From positions 1,504,001-1,568,000 of the forward strand of contig OZ241456.1 in assembly GCA_965200875.1 (NCBI GenBank): a stretch of 64,000 bases of DNA. Reading direction: 5' to 3'. The notes under the pieces were generated by a model, which worked only from the letters and a program-made list of their open reading frames with translations, was not told the origin of the DNA and did not search any database. The DNA is from Bdellovibrionales bacterium. Lineage in GTDB: Bacteria > Bdellovibrionota > Bdellovibrionia > Bdellovibrionales > UBA1609. The translations under genes and the position numbers were made by a program. Position 1 is the stretch's first letter; every line of letters begins with the position of its first letter. Below are positions 1 through 9,519 of the stretch, piece by piece.

Positions 1-466
1 CAGCTTTATTCAAAGCCCTTTGCAGATTATCCATGCCGGAAAGCAATTGACTGGAACCAGATGTGGTTTTTGAGTTGATAATTTTTTTTAATTCAGAATA
101 ACCTGAGCGAAAAACAACAGCCAGAGCACTTTTGGGATAGGACTTGGACAGGTCAAATATTTCATCCAAAGAAGAGGCTTTAAAAAAAATATCTTCAAAA
201 GGAATATTATTAACTTTATTGCTTTTAAACAAATTCCATTTACTTAAAATAATGGCCCAAGAAACAACAGACATGAAAGCCAAAAGAACCATAGTGAATT
301 GCACTATCAGGCTGGATGATCGAAGAGCCTCCACAATCCCTATTTTTGCCGGATTTTTAATCTGAGTGGATACAATTTTTTGATCTGATCCCGCGGTATC
401 TGCCTTAATCTGGAACAAAACCATAAAGCAAAACAGAGTAAAAACAATAATTAGTGTTTTTTTCAT
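1..466 (-). CDS. tolQ: TolQ (MotA/TolQ/ExbB proton channel family), partial; runs off the left edge
   Basis: Not in the ORF track. Manual translation from ATG at 466: MKKTLIIVF...LIVQFTMVLLAFMSVVSWAIILSKW...FEDIFFKASSLDEIF...VFRSGYSELKK...MDNLQRALNKA, a typical TolQ N-terminal half. Confidence 0.75.
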   Translation of the reverse strand, partial: MKKTLIIVFTLFCFMVLFQIKADTAGSDQKIVSTQIKNPAKIGIVEALRSSSLIVQFTMVLLAFMSVVSWAIILSKWNLFKSNKVNNIPFEDIFFKASSLDEIFDLSKSYPKSALAVVFRSGYSELKKIINSKTTSGSSQLLSGMDNLQRALNKA

Positions 467-643
467 CAAATTACACTCCGTCCGTTTACATAAAAAAAAA
501 TATAAAGTATATTTTGAAAAATAACTGATTTATGGCACAATGCAAGCCCTTTCTTACGCCAAGGATTAAGAGTTCAATCATTATTTACTTAATCACCCGG
601 AAAAACCTGACCAAAAGTCTTTAAAGAGGATATAAAATATAAA

Positions 644-2068
644 ATGCTTAGCAAACAAAAATACAAACATGGGTTCGTCACACAGATATCATCAGACAAA
701 TTTCCAAAGGGTCTGAGTGAAGAGACAATTTGCCGGCTTTCCGAGCGCAAAGAAGAACCAAGCTGGGTACTGGATCTGCGCTTAAAAGCTTATCGCTACT
801 GGCTGACCTTGAAAGAACCTTCTTGGGCTGGATTAAAATATCCCCCTATTAATTATCAGGATATTCACTATTATTCCGCTCCGAGGGGAAAGAAAAAAAA
901 ATCGCTTAACAGTCTGGAGGAGGCCGATCCAGAATTATTGAAAACTTTTGAGCGTCTGGGTATCCCCTTAAATGAACAAAAGCGTTTGGCCGGCGTGGCA
1001 GTGGATGCTGTATTCGACAGCGTGTCCCTAGGCACCACCCACCAGGATGTATTGGAAAAAAGCAACATTATTTTTTGCTCCATTTCAAAAGCTTTAAAAC
1101 AATATCCCGATTTGCTGAAAAAATATTTGTGTTCTGTTGTGCCTTACCGGGACAATTTTTTTGCGAGCTTAAATACAGCGGTTTTTACAGATGGTTCTTT
1201 TTGTTTTATTCCCAAGGGAGTGCGATGCCCTTTGGATCTTTCCACTTATTTTCGCATTAACGAAAAGGATACAGGGCAGTTTGAGCGCACATTGATTGTG
1301 GCTGAAGAATCCTCTTATGTGAATTATCTGGAAGGCTGTACAGCTCCCATGAGAGACTCCAATCAACTTCACGCGGCAGTGGTGGAGCTGGTGGCTTTGG
1401 ATCGGGCTGAGATTAGATACTCCACTGTACAGAACTGGTACCCGGGCGATGAGAAAGGTCGGGGGGGAATTTACAACTTCGTCACCAAAAGGGGAAAATG
1501 TATTGGGAAGGGAGCACGTATTTCTTGGACTCAGGTGGAGGCTGGTTCAGCCATTACCTGGAAATATCCAAGCTGTATTTTACAGGGAGACCATTCTTCT
1601 GGTGCGTTTTACTCCGTAGCTCTTACTCACGATAAAATGCAGGCGGACACAGGAACCAAAATGATTCACATCGGGAAAAATACCAAAAGCACTATTATTT
1701 CCAAAGGAATTTCTGCGGATCATTCTGTAAACAGTTACCGAGGGCAGGTAAAAATTTTACCTCAGGCAGAAGGAGCCAGAAATTTTTCTCAATGTGATTC
1801 CATGCTGACTGGGGAAAAAAGTGTGGCAAACACTTACCCTCTGATTGAGATAAAAAATAAAAGCGCGGTGGTGGAGCATGAAGCCACTACATCCCGCATA
1901 AATGCAGAACAGCTGTTTTACTTAAAAAGTCGAGGATTGGACACAGAAACTGCAATCTCTTTATTAGTGAATGGCTTTTGTCATCAGGTTTTTAAAAAAC
2001 TTCCTTTGGAATTTTCTGTGGAAGCCGTAAAATTAATTGAAATGAAATTGGAAAACTCCATCGCTTGA
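644..2068 (+). CDS. sufB: Fe-S cluster assembly protein SufB
   Basis: [44 protein letters not shown] and EHEATTS motifs; 474 aa. Confidence 0.97.
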   Translation: MLSKQKYKHGFVTQISSDKFPKGLSEETICRLSERKEEPSWVLDLRLKAYRYWLTLKEPSWAGLKYPPINYQDIHYYSAPRGKKKKSLNSLEEADPELLKTFERLGIPLNEQKRLAGVAVDAVFDSVSLGTTHQDVLEKSNIIFCSISKALKQYPDLLKKYLCSVVPYRDNFFASLNTAVFTDGSFCFIPKGVRCPLDLSTYFRINEKDTGQFERTLIVAEESSYVNYLEGCTAPMRDSNQLHAAVVELVALDRAEIRYSTVQNWYPGDEKGRGGIYNFVTKRGKCIGKGARISWTQVEAGSAITWKYPSCILQGDHSSGAFYSVALTHDKMQADTGTKMIHIGKNTKSTIISKGISADHSVNSYRGQVKILPQAEGARNFSQCDSMLTGEKSVANTYPLIEIKNKSAVVEHEATTSRINAEQLFYLKSRGLDTETAISLLVNGFCHQVFKKLPLEFSVEAVKLIEMKLENSIA

Positions 2069-2265
2069 TTTTATGGCTGTGCAAAATCCGTCTTGCTTCA
2101 TCTGATACTCAAGGCTTTTGGCGGGTCTTCAGTCCTGTAAAAAAAGAGAGATTTACAGGATTAAAGGCTTGTAAAAAAACCGGACACTGGTATTTGACTG
2201 TATTGGCAGGTTGTGGAAGAATAAAGCCATTGTTTTTATTCATACTGGTCACTGGAGATGCAACC

Positions 2266-3186
2266 ATGAAACTCTCTCTTTTTATCTGCTTTATGTCTTT
2301 TATTGTGTTTATTCAGTGTTCCCCTCCACCTGCTGGTAAATACCGTACTGCCAAGGATATAGCCGGTGAAGTAAAATCAGATGGACGCGTTTCCTATATC
2401 TGTAAGGGCAAGCAATGTTGTTCAGAACACAAAGAATGTGCCCGAAAATGTAATCAGATGTTTTATAAATCAGGAAAAAAAATCAGAAACACCTGTCGCT
2501 CTTTACCTCAGGATGTTGTGAATAGACTCGAAGAATTGATCCTAGCACTAAGGAGTGCCTTAATAGAAGATTTGGAACGTTTGGAGCTTAACCAAGAATT
2601 TCGCTTACTTCTGGCTTTAGACTATCATGTTTGGATTGACATTATTCAAAATTATACAGTGGATGAAGCGCGGGAGCTTTTAATTTGGATGGCTGCCAAT
2701 GATGAGCCTGTATCTGAGCTACTTCAGCTGGAAGAGGAAGTTAGATATGAAATTCTTTACGAGGTTTTGGCCTCAGCGGGAGATCGCACCCGTCCCGGGC
2801 CAGTGGAAGAGGGGCTTGCTGGAAAAATCTCTTTTGATCGAAGTTTTTTTCAGCTCCTTGTTTATCATTCCAATTATGACCTCTTACAGATCACTCACGA
2901 AATGATGAGAGAAAACCTTTGTTCCCTGAACTATGGTGGTGAAAATCAGATAGAGATTTGTATGTTAAGGGTTTACTGTAAGGAACAACCAGAACGGGAT
3001 GGACAATATTTGCATTCGGAAGACTTAAGAAATGAAATGGCCAGAAATATCCAAGACGAGGAATTTTTTGATTATGTGGAAAAGCATGTTTTGAGTGCTG
3101 GTTTAGGGGTGAATTTTCCGGATCCCATTTTAAATAATCAAGTGTGTTTCATGGTCTGCAACGACAGCAGAAGAGGGTGTGAATAA
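2266..3186 (+). CDS. Cys-rich putative lipoprotein (paralog of the next gene)
   Basis: Likely start MKLSLFICF...FIQC at 2266 behind GGAG; hydrophobic leader ending in Cys; many Cys pairs. Confidence 0.6.
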   Translation: MKLSLFICFMSFIVFIQCSPPPAGKYRTAKDIAGEVKSDGRVSYICKGKQCCSEHKECARKCNQMFYKSGKKIRNTCRSLPQDVVNRLEELILALRSALIEDLERLELNQEFRLLLALDYHVWIDIIQNYTVDEARELLIWMAANDEPVSELLQLEEEVRYEILYEVLASAGDRTRPGPVEEGLAGKISFDRSFFQLLVYHSNYDLLQITHEMMRENLCSLNYGGENQIEICMLRVYCKEQPERDGQYLHSEDLRNEMARNIQDEEFFDYVEKHVLSAGLGVNFPDPILNNQVCFMVCNDSRRGCE

Positions 3187-3243
3187 CCTCAGATTATCAC
3201 CTGTTCCATACGACACCAATTTTTTTGAATCGAAACCATAAGG

Positions 3244-4293
3244 ATGTGGTATATGATAATTCAGAGCGTAAAAAAACTGAAAATACTTTTACTATTACTG
3301 CCCGCGATTTTCTTTTTACTCTATTGTGAAGATACAGAAAAAACCTTAAGAGAAAGAGCGACACGTATTCGTGATAAAGATAATGATCCTATTCGCACAA
3401 CCGGTTCCGAGGAGTATTATGGGGAATATTCTTCTTCAGATTACGAAGGAGCTACATGTAAATCTTTAAGAAAAGAGGAAGGCAAAGAAAAAGACTATGA
3501 AAAATGTAAAGAGATATGTAAAAAAATGTACAATAATGATGCAGATGATTGTGAAAAAGTGGCTACAGAACTCATATTTGAATTGGAGCAACTTTTTACT
3601 TCCATGACCCGGATCAGGGCTAATGAAGACCAATTAAACCGCAGAGTGGATGGTTTTAATTTTGGTGTAATGATTGACATTTCTGTGGAGCCAGTCTTGG
3701 AACTTCTTAAGGACTGGTCTGAAAGAGAGGTAAAGGAATTTCTGATATGGACAGCCATGAATTCCCCCATATCTCTGGCTTTAAAGCATCACGATAATTC
3801 AAACAAAATTCTTAAGACCTCTTTTAGAAAAGTGGGAACAGGGCATGGTAGTGGAGACGCTAGGGTAGAATACGGATTTGGAGAGGATTTACAAGGAGGG
3901 GGGAAAACTTTTTTAGTGATTGCCAATGATGCAAAAAACCCTTCAGCTTTTAATATTGCATATAGACTGGTGGAAAGTATTTGTTTAACAAATTTTAAAT
4001 GTATATTCAGATGGTATTGTGTCAGAGAAGAATTTGAAAGTGCTCGTCGCAGACAATGTCGTTACTCCAGTGAAAAACGAGGTTTCAATCGAGATAGGCA
4101 TTGTTATATTCACGGACCTGATGTCTGGAGTTATTGGACCCACTTGAAAGATGAAGAAAATATGCTCAAAAGGAATAGAATTTATTTTAATAATTTCAAA
4201 ATGAATGAGGAGACATGTAATGGGGTATGTCGCACCTGTCCCGAAGACTCAAAATCGTGGTGCGGAAATCAAAATTGTAAAAGAGAAATTTAG
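3244..4293 (+). CDS. Cys-rich putative lipoprotein/exported protein
   Basis: Leader ...IFFLLYC; shares CxxxCxxMF/Y, E(A/V)xE(L/F)LIWxAxN and CxxRxYC patterns with 2266..3186. Confidence 0.6.
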   Translation: MWYMIIQSVKKLKILLLLLPAIFFLLYCEDTEKTLRERATRIRDKDNDPIRTTGSEEYYGEYSSSDYEGATCKSLRKEEGKEKDYEKCKEICKKMYNNDADDCEKVATELIFELEQLFTSMTRIRANEDQLNRRVDGFNFGVMIDISVEPVLELLKDWSEREVKEFLIWTAMNSPISLALKHHDNSNKILKTSFRKVGTGHGSGDARVEYGFGEDLQGGGKTFLVIANDAKNPSAFNIAYRLVESICLTNFKCIFRWYCVREEFESARRRQCRYSSEKRGFNRDRHCYIHGPDVWSYWTHLKDEENMLKRNRIYFNNFKMNEETCNGVCRTCPEDSKSWCGNQNCKREI

Positions 4294-4376
4294 AAAGCGT
4301 AAAAAAAACAGACTGATTAACTGTTTTTTAAAAGTCCGTTTTTCAAAAATAACTTGCAATATCAAAAAAATGGTAT

Positions 4377-4416
4377 CCCACCCAAGCGATAGACATTGCC
4401 CCCTCAATATGATTCC
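4377..4416. repeat. 3' fragment of the ~155-bp hairpin element (copy A)
   Basis: cccacccaagcgatagacattgccccctcaatatgattcc matches the 3' end of the copies at 6612 and 7244. Confidence 0.85.
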
Positions 4417-4518
4417 GTTTTACAGGCGTGTAAAGTTTTCACAGTGCTATTTTTTTATTAAGTGTTTTTCATAAACACCTGTATTATGCAAAGAAACTAA
4501 ACAAAAAGGAGGTAAATA

Positions 4519-5106
4519 ATGAGATTGATATTTGCTTTACTATTTTTGAGCTTAGGTGCTTTCTCATTATATGCAAACAAACCAGAATATTTTAGCAATA
4601 AAGATTTGAGAAATGCTGATATGAGAGGGTTTAATTTGCGCGGTGTGGATCTGACCGATGCAAATTTGACTGGTGCGAATCTGACTAATGCGAATCTGAC
4701 TGGGGTGAATCTGACTGGGGCGAGGATGACTAATGCGAATCTGTACCTGGCGAATCTGACCGATGCGAATCTGACCGGTGCGAATCTGACCGATGTGAAT
4801 TTGCGCAATGCGAATTTGACCTTTGCGAATCTGACCGATGCGAATCTGACCAGTGCGAATCTGACTGGGGCGAATTTGACCTTTGCGAATCTGACCTATG
4901 CAAATTTGTACCTGGCGAATCTGGCCTATGCGATTTTGAGAGGGGCGAATCTGACCTTTGCGAATCTGACCTTTGCGAATCTGTACCTGGCGAATCTGAC
5001 CGATGCGTGGATATATGTGAAGACTGGAGGTGAGGATAGGCTGACCAGAATGAAATTTGATATTGGATCGATTGTAGCTATGAATTGTAAAAAAGCTTTT
5101 ATGTAG
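4519..5106 (+). CDS. Secreted pentapeptide-repeat protein
   Basis: Signal peptide MRLIFALLFLSLGA, then many A(N/D)LTx repeats; AGGAGG RBS. Confidence 0.9.
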   Translation: MRLIFALLFLSLGAFSLYANKPEYFSNKDLRNADMRGFNLRGVDLTDANLTGANLTNANLTGVNLTGARMTNANLYLANLTDANLTGANLTDVNLRNANLTFANLTDANLTSANLTGANLTFANLTYANLYLANLAYAILRGANLTFANLTFANLYLANLTDAWIYVKTGGEDRLTRMKFDIGSIVAMNCKKAFM

Positions 5107-5138
5107 AAACAAAAAAAGAGATTTTTAATGAGTAAAGA

Positions 5139-5190
5139 GGGAATCATAAGCAACCAGGGGCGTTTGTATATCGCTTTTTTTTACTAAAGT
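5139..5190. repeat. 5' fragment of the hairpin element joined to its 3' flank (copy B, internally deleted)
   Basis: gggaatcataagcaacc...tatatcgc followed by ttttttactaaagt, the flank that follows copy C. Confidence 0.8.
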
Positions 5191-5204
5191 CTTAGGGAAG
5201 AATT

Positions 5205-5387
5205 ATGATGCCATTATTAAAATCTTCGTATGATGAAGCTAGGCAACAAGGCAGGCAACAAGGTCGGCAGGAAGGTCAAAAAGAGCTGATTGCAAAATTA
5301 CTTAAAACTGGAGTGGATTTTCATGTTCTTTGTAAAGTCACAGGACTTTCCGAAGAAGAAATTAAAAAACTTAAGAGTGGTGACTAA
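5205..5387 (+). CDS. Stand-alone Rpn (YhgA-like) C-terminal domain, RpnS-like small protein
   Basis: 60 aa; GRQQGRQEG repeats then ELIAKLLKTG...VTGLSEEEIKKL, the typical Rpn/PD-(D/E)XK transposase C-tail. Confidence 0.7.
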   Translation: MMPLLKSSYDEARQQGRQQGRQEGQKELIAKLLKTGVDFHVLCKVTGLSEEEIKKLKSGD

Positions 5388-5664
5388 GCATTAGAGAAAG
5401 GACTATCAAAAAACTCTTTCTGGATCGACCCTTATATTTCCAACAATGAAACTATTTTTTATCGCTAATGGAATCCATATATCATATTTTTAATAAACTT
5501 CTTTAAATGGCTTCTTGAAAGAAAAGAGGCCAAATTCTTTGTTCAATCATTGTACAACCATGTAAAGATTACACTAGTTGTTCTTAACAGTTTCAATTTT
5601 TTAACTTTTGAGTATAATCAGTCGGGACTGAATAATCAATTAAACCCAAACACGGAGGTCACTA

Positions 5665-6498
5665 ATGAGATTAATAATTACTTTACTTTTTTTAAGCTTA
5701 GGTGCTGAGGTAAGGGCATTGGGAGTTGAATATTATTATTTGCCCCCTCCGATTGCTCTGATGAAACTTTCTTATTCTCTGTTCTCTGACTCTTCATGTG
5801 ATATTAATAATTATTTTGAAAAATATAAAGGTACTTCAGAGCAAGTGGATTTTAGGTGCGATTTAAGAGGTGCATATTTACGAAATGTGGATTTGAGTAA
5901 TGAATCTTTATTTTTTTCGTCTTTGGATGAGGTAAATTTGAGCTATGCGAATTTGTACAAGTTAACGGCAACAGGTTCAACCTTTTTTAAAGCAGATTTT
6001 ACTGGGGCAGATATGCGTGAAGCGAATTTTAGTTTTTCGCATTTTCACGAGGCGACTATGACTGGGGCGAATTTGTACAAGTTAAAGGCAGTATCGGCAA
6101 GTTTTGTAAGAGCAGATTTTACTGGGGCAGATATGCGTGAAACGAATTTGATTAATGCGGATTTTCGCGATGCGAATTTGACCAATGCGAATTTTACAGG
6201 CGCGGAGTTAAGAGAGGCGGGTTTTTACGATGCGAATTTGACCAATGCAATTTTTATCGATGCGAAAGTTGATCCGCGATTGGGTGCTTATTTAACCTCA
6301 CAAGGTGTAAGTGGTTTTATTGTTGTTGAATCGGAAATCCGACAAGTTCACCCTGAGCAAATTCAACAAGAAAAGATACAATACCAACCTGCGCCACTCC
6401 AACCTGCATCACTCCAACATACGCAACTTAAAGGTAGAAGTTGGTTTGGTGTTGTGGAAGATAAAGACGAATCTATAGAAAACATAAGAAAAGAATAA
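5665..6498 (+). CDS. Secreted pentapeptide-repeat protein
   Basis: Signal MRLIITLLFLSLGA; ADFTGADMRE/ANLTNA repeats; GGAGG RBS. Confidence 0.88.
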   Translation: MRLIITLLFLSLGAEVRALGVEYYYLPPPIALMKLSYSLFSDSSCDINNYFEKYKGTSEQVDFRCDLRGAYLRNVDLSNESLFFSSLDEVNLSYANLYKLTATGSTFFKADFTGADMREANFSFSHFHEATMTGANLYKLKAVSASFVRADFTGADMRETNLINADFRDANLTNANFTGAELREAGFYDANLTNAIFIDAKVDPRLGAYLTSQGVSGFIVVESEIRQVHPEQIQQEKIQYQPAPLQPASLQHTQLKGRSWFGVVEDKDESIENIRKE

Positions 6499-6611
6499 AC
6501 ACTTTACTGTCTAGGAGGCAGATAATCTCCTACATTATAATTTTCATAACTTCCTTTGGTTAGAAGAAGCCTGTTTTTAATCTCAGACGGGTTTTTTCAT
6601 TTTTAGGAAAG

Positions 6612-6766
6612 GGAATCATAAGCAACCGGGTGCGGTTATATATCGCTATAGGGGGGTGCACATTTTCCCCCGGCCCAAAACCCGCCAAAAAAGCACTTAT
6701 TCCCGCGGGAAAAGATGGAGACCCACCCTCCGCGATGTATGATGCCCCCTTTTTCAATATGATTCC
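6612..6766. repeat. ~155-bp self-complementary element (MITE-like or structured RNA), copy C
   Basis: Terminal inverted repeat GGAATCATA...TATGATTCC with nested complementary blocks (ATCGC/GCGAT, TTTTCCC/GGGAAAA, G-rich block vs CACCCT). Confidence 0.85.
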
Positions 6767-6964
6767 TTTTTTACTAAAGTTTGGGCATGGAGTTCCGATA
6801 AACTAGGAAGGAGGTTTTTTATGAATCAACAAAAATATTCATTAGCCAGAAACGGCAAAAAGGTTTTGATCTTGTTTGGTGTCCTTATTAGTTTTTCGGT
6901 TTTATTTACAAATAGACCATATACTGGAATCATAATCAGCCGGTTGGCGAAGGAGGTTACAAGA

Positions 6965-7240
6965 ATGAAAACAATAATAATTAGCTTTTGTCTTTTGTTG
7001 TCCATCGGAGCTTATTCGCGTGCCTTAACTCCAGTTGAATTAAAACTGAGGGATTTGAACAACGAATTAAATAACTTTAGCGTTGATATAAAAAAAATCG
7101 ATTCTGATTCAATTAAACACAGGACTTTATTCGGGGAAATTTATAGAGCAGTAGGCCAACTTGTAAATGAAAAAATCAACCTTGAGCAAAATCTTAATCA
7201 ATGTATTCAACAGCTTAACCGGCAACATTCCCAGCAATAA
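6965..7240 (+). CDS. Small secreted coiled-coil protein (alternative in-frame start at 6821)
   Basis: AGGAGG before ATG 6965; signal MKTIIISFCLLLSIGAYSRA resembles the two pentapeptide leaders. Confidence 0.6.
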   Translation: MKTIIISFCLLLSIGAYSRALTPVELKLRDLNNELNNFSVDIKKIDSDSIKHRTLFGEIYRAVGQLVNEKINLEQNLNQCIQQLNRQHSQQ

Positions 7241-7243
7241 AAG

Positions 7244-7396
7244 GGAATCATAATCAACCGGGTGCGGTTAGTAATCGCGAGGGGTGGGTGTCCGTTTTCC
7301 CCCCGGCTCAAAACTGCCTAAAAACGCACTTATTCCCCAGAGGAAAACTGTGACCCACCCTAGCGATAGACATTGCCCCCTTCTCTTTATGATTCC
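7244..7396. repeat. ~153-bp self-complementary element, copy D
   Basis: Same terminal repeat and internal pairings as copy C; begins 3 bp after the upstream stop codon. Confidence 0.85.
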
Positions 7397-7749
7397 AGTT
7401 GTTTTTTATTCACTTATTTAAACAATAAACAGGTAAGTGTTTCATTTTGAGAAGATAAGCCGAAAAATAAATATTCTTTACCCAGATTTTATGCACCTAG
7501 GAAATATCTATGTATTCTATAGGAATAAAAAAAAAACTTAATGAAAGATAAAGATTTTGAGTCAGTAACCCGACTAAAGGTTAGTGGTTTATTTTATGAG
7601 TAACAAAATAATAAATAAAACTAAAAAACCTAAACAAGTGGGTTTAGACCTAAAGTTAAGTATTTGTATATGTGCTTTAGGTGTGTTGTGTTTTGCACTG
7701 CTGATCGTGTTTGGATAGTTGTTGTTTCTACACTGGATATAGTTTCGCT

Positions 7750-8310
7750 ATGAACACAAACAAAGGTTATACACTTATTGAGATTCTGATCACATTGGCC
7801 ATGATTTCTGTATTAAGTGGGATAGCTTATGTTTCATATCAAGGGTACACGCTTAGTGTTGCTAAAAAGGACCTTAAACTTAATGGAAAACTTTTTGTCG
7901 ATTCTGTTTCAGGTTGTGTGTCGGTAAATGGTGATTGGGAGATTACATTTTTAACCCCGGCTGGACTTCCAGGCACGAATAAAGAGAAACCTTGTGATAC
8001 CCATGACTCTAATCCAGAAAAAGAAAAAGGTAAGTTACAATCAATGTTAGATTTTACCTGCCCTCCTGGTGCGACTTGTTTTACACACACCAACGGAACA
8101 ACCCACTATACTTGTTTGGAGATTAGGAAGGAGGTTTCAGGAAAAAAACTTCAGATAGTTTCCCGCGTGAATGGGGAAAAGCCAAGTGAACACCAAATAT
8201 TGTGTGGTGAAGTATCAGCTTATATTTCCTTAAGCGACTCAACCTGCCAAAAAAATGGTGATGCAAATTTAATAGCCGGCGGATTAAAAGATGATTGCGA
8301 TTGGAAATAA
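7750..8310 (+). CDS. Type IV pilin/pseudopilin-like protein
   Basis: Prepilin cleavage/methylation motif KG|YTLIEILITLAMISVL; start set at ATG 7750. Confidence 0.85.
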   Translation: MNTNKGYTLIEILITLAMISVLSGIAYVSYQGYTLSVAKKDLKLNGKLFVDSVSGCVSVNGDWEITFLTPAGLPGTNKEKPCDTHDSNPEKEKGKLQSMLDFTCPPGATCFTHTNGTTHYTCLEIRKEVSGKKLQIVSRVNGEKPSEHQILCGEVSAYISLSDSTCQKNGDANLIAGGLKDDCDWK

Positions 8311-9235
8311 AAAAAATATACCTCTCAACAACAAAGGGTTTAGCATTATAGAGGTTTTGGTGATGTGCTCTTTGGTTGGTTTTGCGGTGTTTGGCCTTTT
8401 AAATGCCTCACAAAAAGCTTTTATATCTTCTGAATTTATAGAGACACATAAGTCCACTGGGGAATTAAAAAAAAGTGTCAGTAATGTGTTGAATAATAAT
8501 TGCAAGGATAATTTAAAGCCGTCCAAGCTCTCCATTGCAAATGCGGGATTACATAGTATTACAAAGCTGGAATCCAAAGGTAGAAAGATTGTGGAGGTGG
8601 ATAAGGGTTTTAAGGAGGGCTTTATTCAGGTGCGGGATATGAAAATCACAGAGGACAAGAAAACCTTTTATTTATATTACCAGTATAATTCTCCTAGCCT
8701 GGGTAATAAACAGACAAAAGGGGGTAAGGCATGTACAAATACAGATTTAAGTGGGTGTTACCACTTTTCCTGTAAAATGGATTATGAATGTACAGGTGAT
8801 TGTAAAAATGACAGTGATTTTACTAATTGTAAGCCTCTGGATTGTGGGATTGTGGATAAAAATTTATCTGATTTGATTTGTGATCCTGGCGAGGTTTTAG
8901 TGAAATTTACAGGGGTAAAAGATGATGATTGTGTGGGATGTCCTGCTAACCATTTTTTAGTGGGCATAAAAACAGAAGGGGGAATAAAAAAGCCTCAATG
9001 CTTACAAGTCAAAAAATGTGATACTGGAAAGGTTGCGGTCGGCACAATGACAAAAGACGGAGCATACATAATGGAATGTATGTCAGTGGTATGTCCAACC
9101 GGACAACACCTTTATTTAAAGAATAACAAAATGGAATGTAAGAAAGTCTGTCATGGTGGCCAAAAATTAGGTGCGGATGATAAATGTCATTGTCCAGCTC
9201 CTATGATGTTAGACAGTAATGGGAATTGTGTTTAA
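8291..9235 (+). CDS. Minor pilin-like protein with Cys-rich C-terminal repeats
   Basis: KG|FSIIEVLV motif; many CPxG/CxxG modules. Confidence 0.75.
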   Translation: MIAIGNKKNIPLNNKGFSIIEVLVMCSLVGFAVFGLLNASQKAFISSEFIETHKSTGELKKSVSNVLNNNCKDNLKPSKLSIANAGLHSITKLESKGRKIVEVDKGFKEGFIQVRDMKITEDKKTFYLYYQYNSPSLGNKQTKGGKACTNTDLSGCYHFSCKMDYECTGDCKNDSDFTNCKPLDCGIVDKNLSDLICDPGEVLVKFTGVKDDDCVGCPANHFLVGIKTEGGIKKPQCLQVKKCDTGKVAVGTMTKDGAYIMECMSVVCPTGQHLYLKNNKMECKKVCHGGQKLGADDKCHCPAPMMLDSNGNCV

Positions 9236-9245
9236 GGGGGAGTAA

Positions 9246-9389
9246 ATGAAAATAAAAACTAATACTGGTTTTGCCTTAGTGGGCACACTGGCTGTTTTGC
9301 TTGGTGGCCTTACCCTTATCTTGAGTACTATAAAATTAAGCACAAGGGAACTTAACAAAGCAAAAACTAAAAGCACAGAACATTACTGA
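9246..9389 (+). pseudogene. Truncated third prepilin-like gene
   Basis: Manual translation MKIKTNTG|FALVGTLAVLLGGLTLILSTIK...TEHY* (47 aa) behind GGGGAG; ends at the island edge. Confidence 0.55.
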
Positions 9390-9519
9390 AAAGAATGTGT
9401 TTGCTGAAAAAAATGTGTGTCGCGTTGCATTGATTTTCTCTCTTTTACTGTCAGGCCCGTGCATTACTATCAGGACCGTATCTTGCTATCAGGTCCATGA
9501 AAACGGGAATCTCCTTCAT

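Noticed and set aside
144..365. 73-aa plus-strand ORF
   Set aside because: Shadow of the minus-strand tolQ frame.
4497..5153. Repetitive antisense ORFs (VRFA.., GQIR..)
   Set aside because: Mirror frames of the 15-bp pentapeptide repeats.
6560..6757. 65-aa minus-strand ORF
   Set aside because: Lies across the hairpin element; no protein features.
6612..7396. Integron attC sites or CRISPR repeats
   Set aside because: No RYYYAAC/GTTRRRY ends, no integrase or cas genes, and units too long and irregular for CRISPR.
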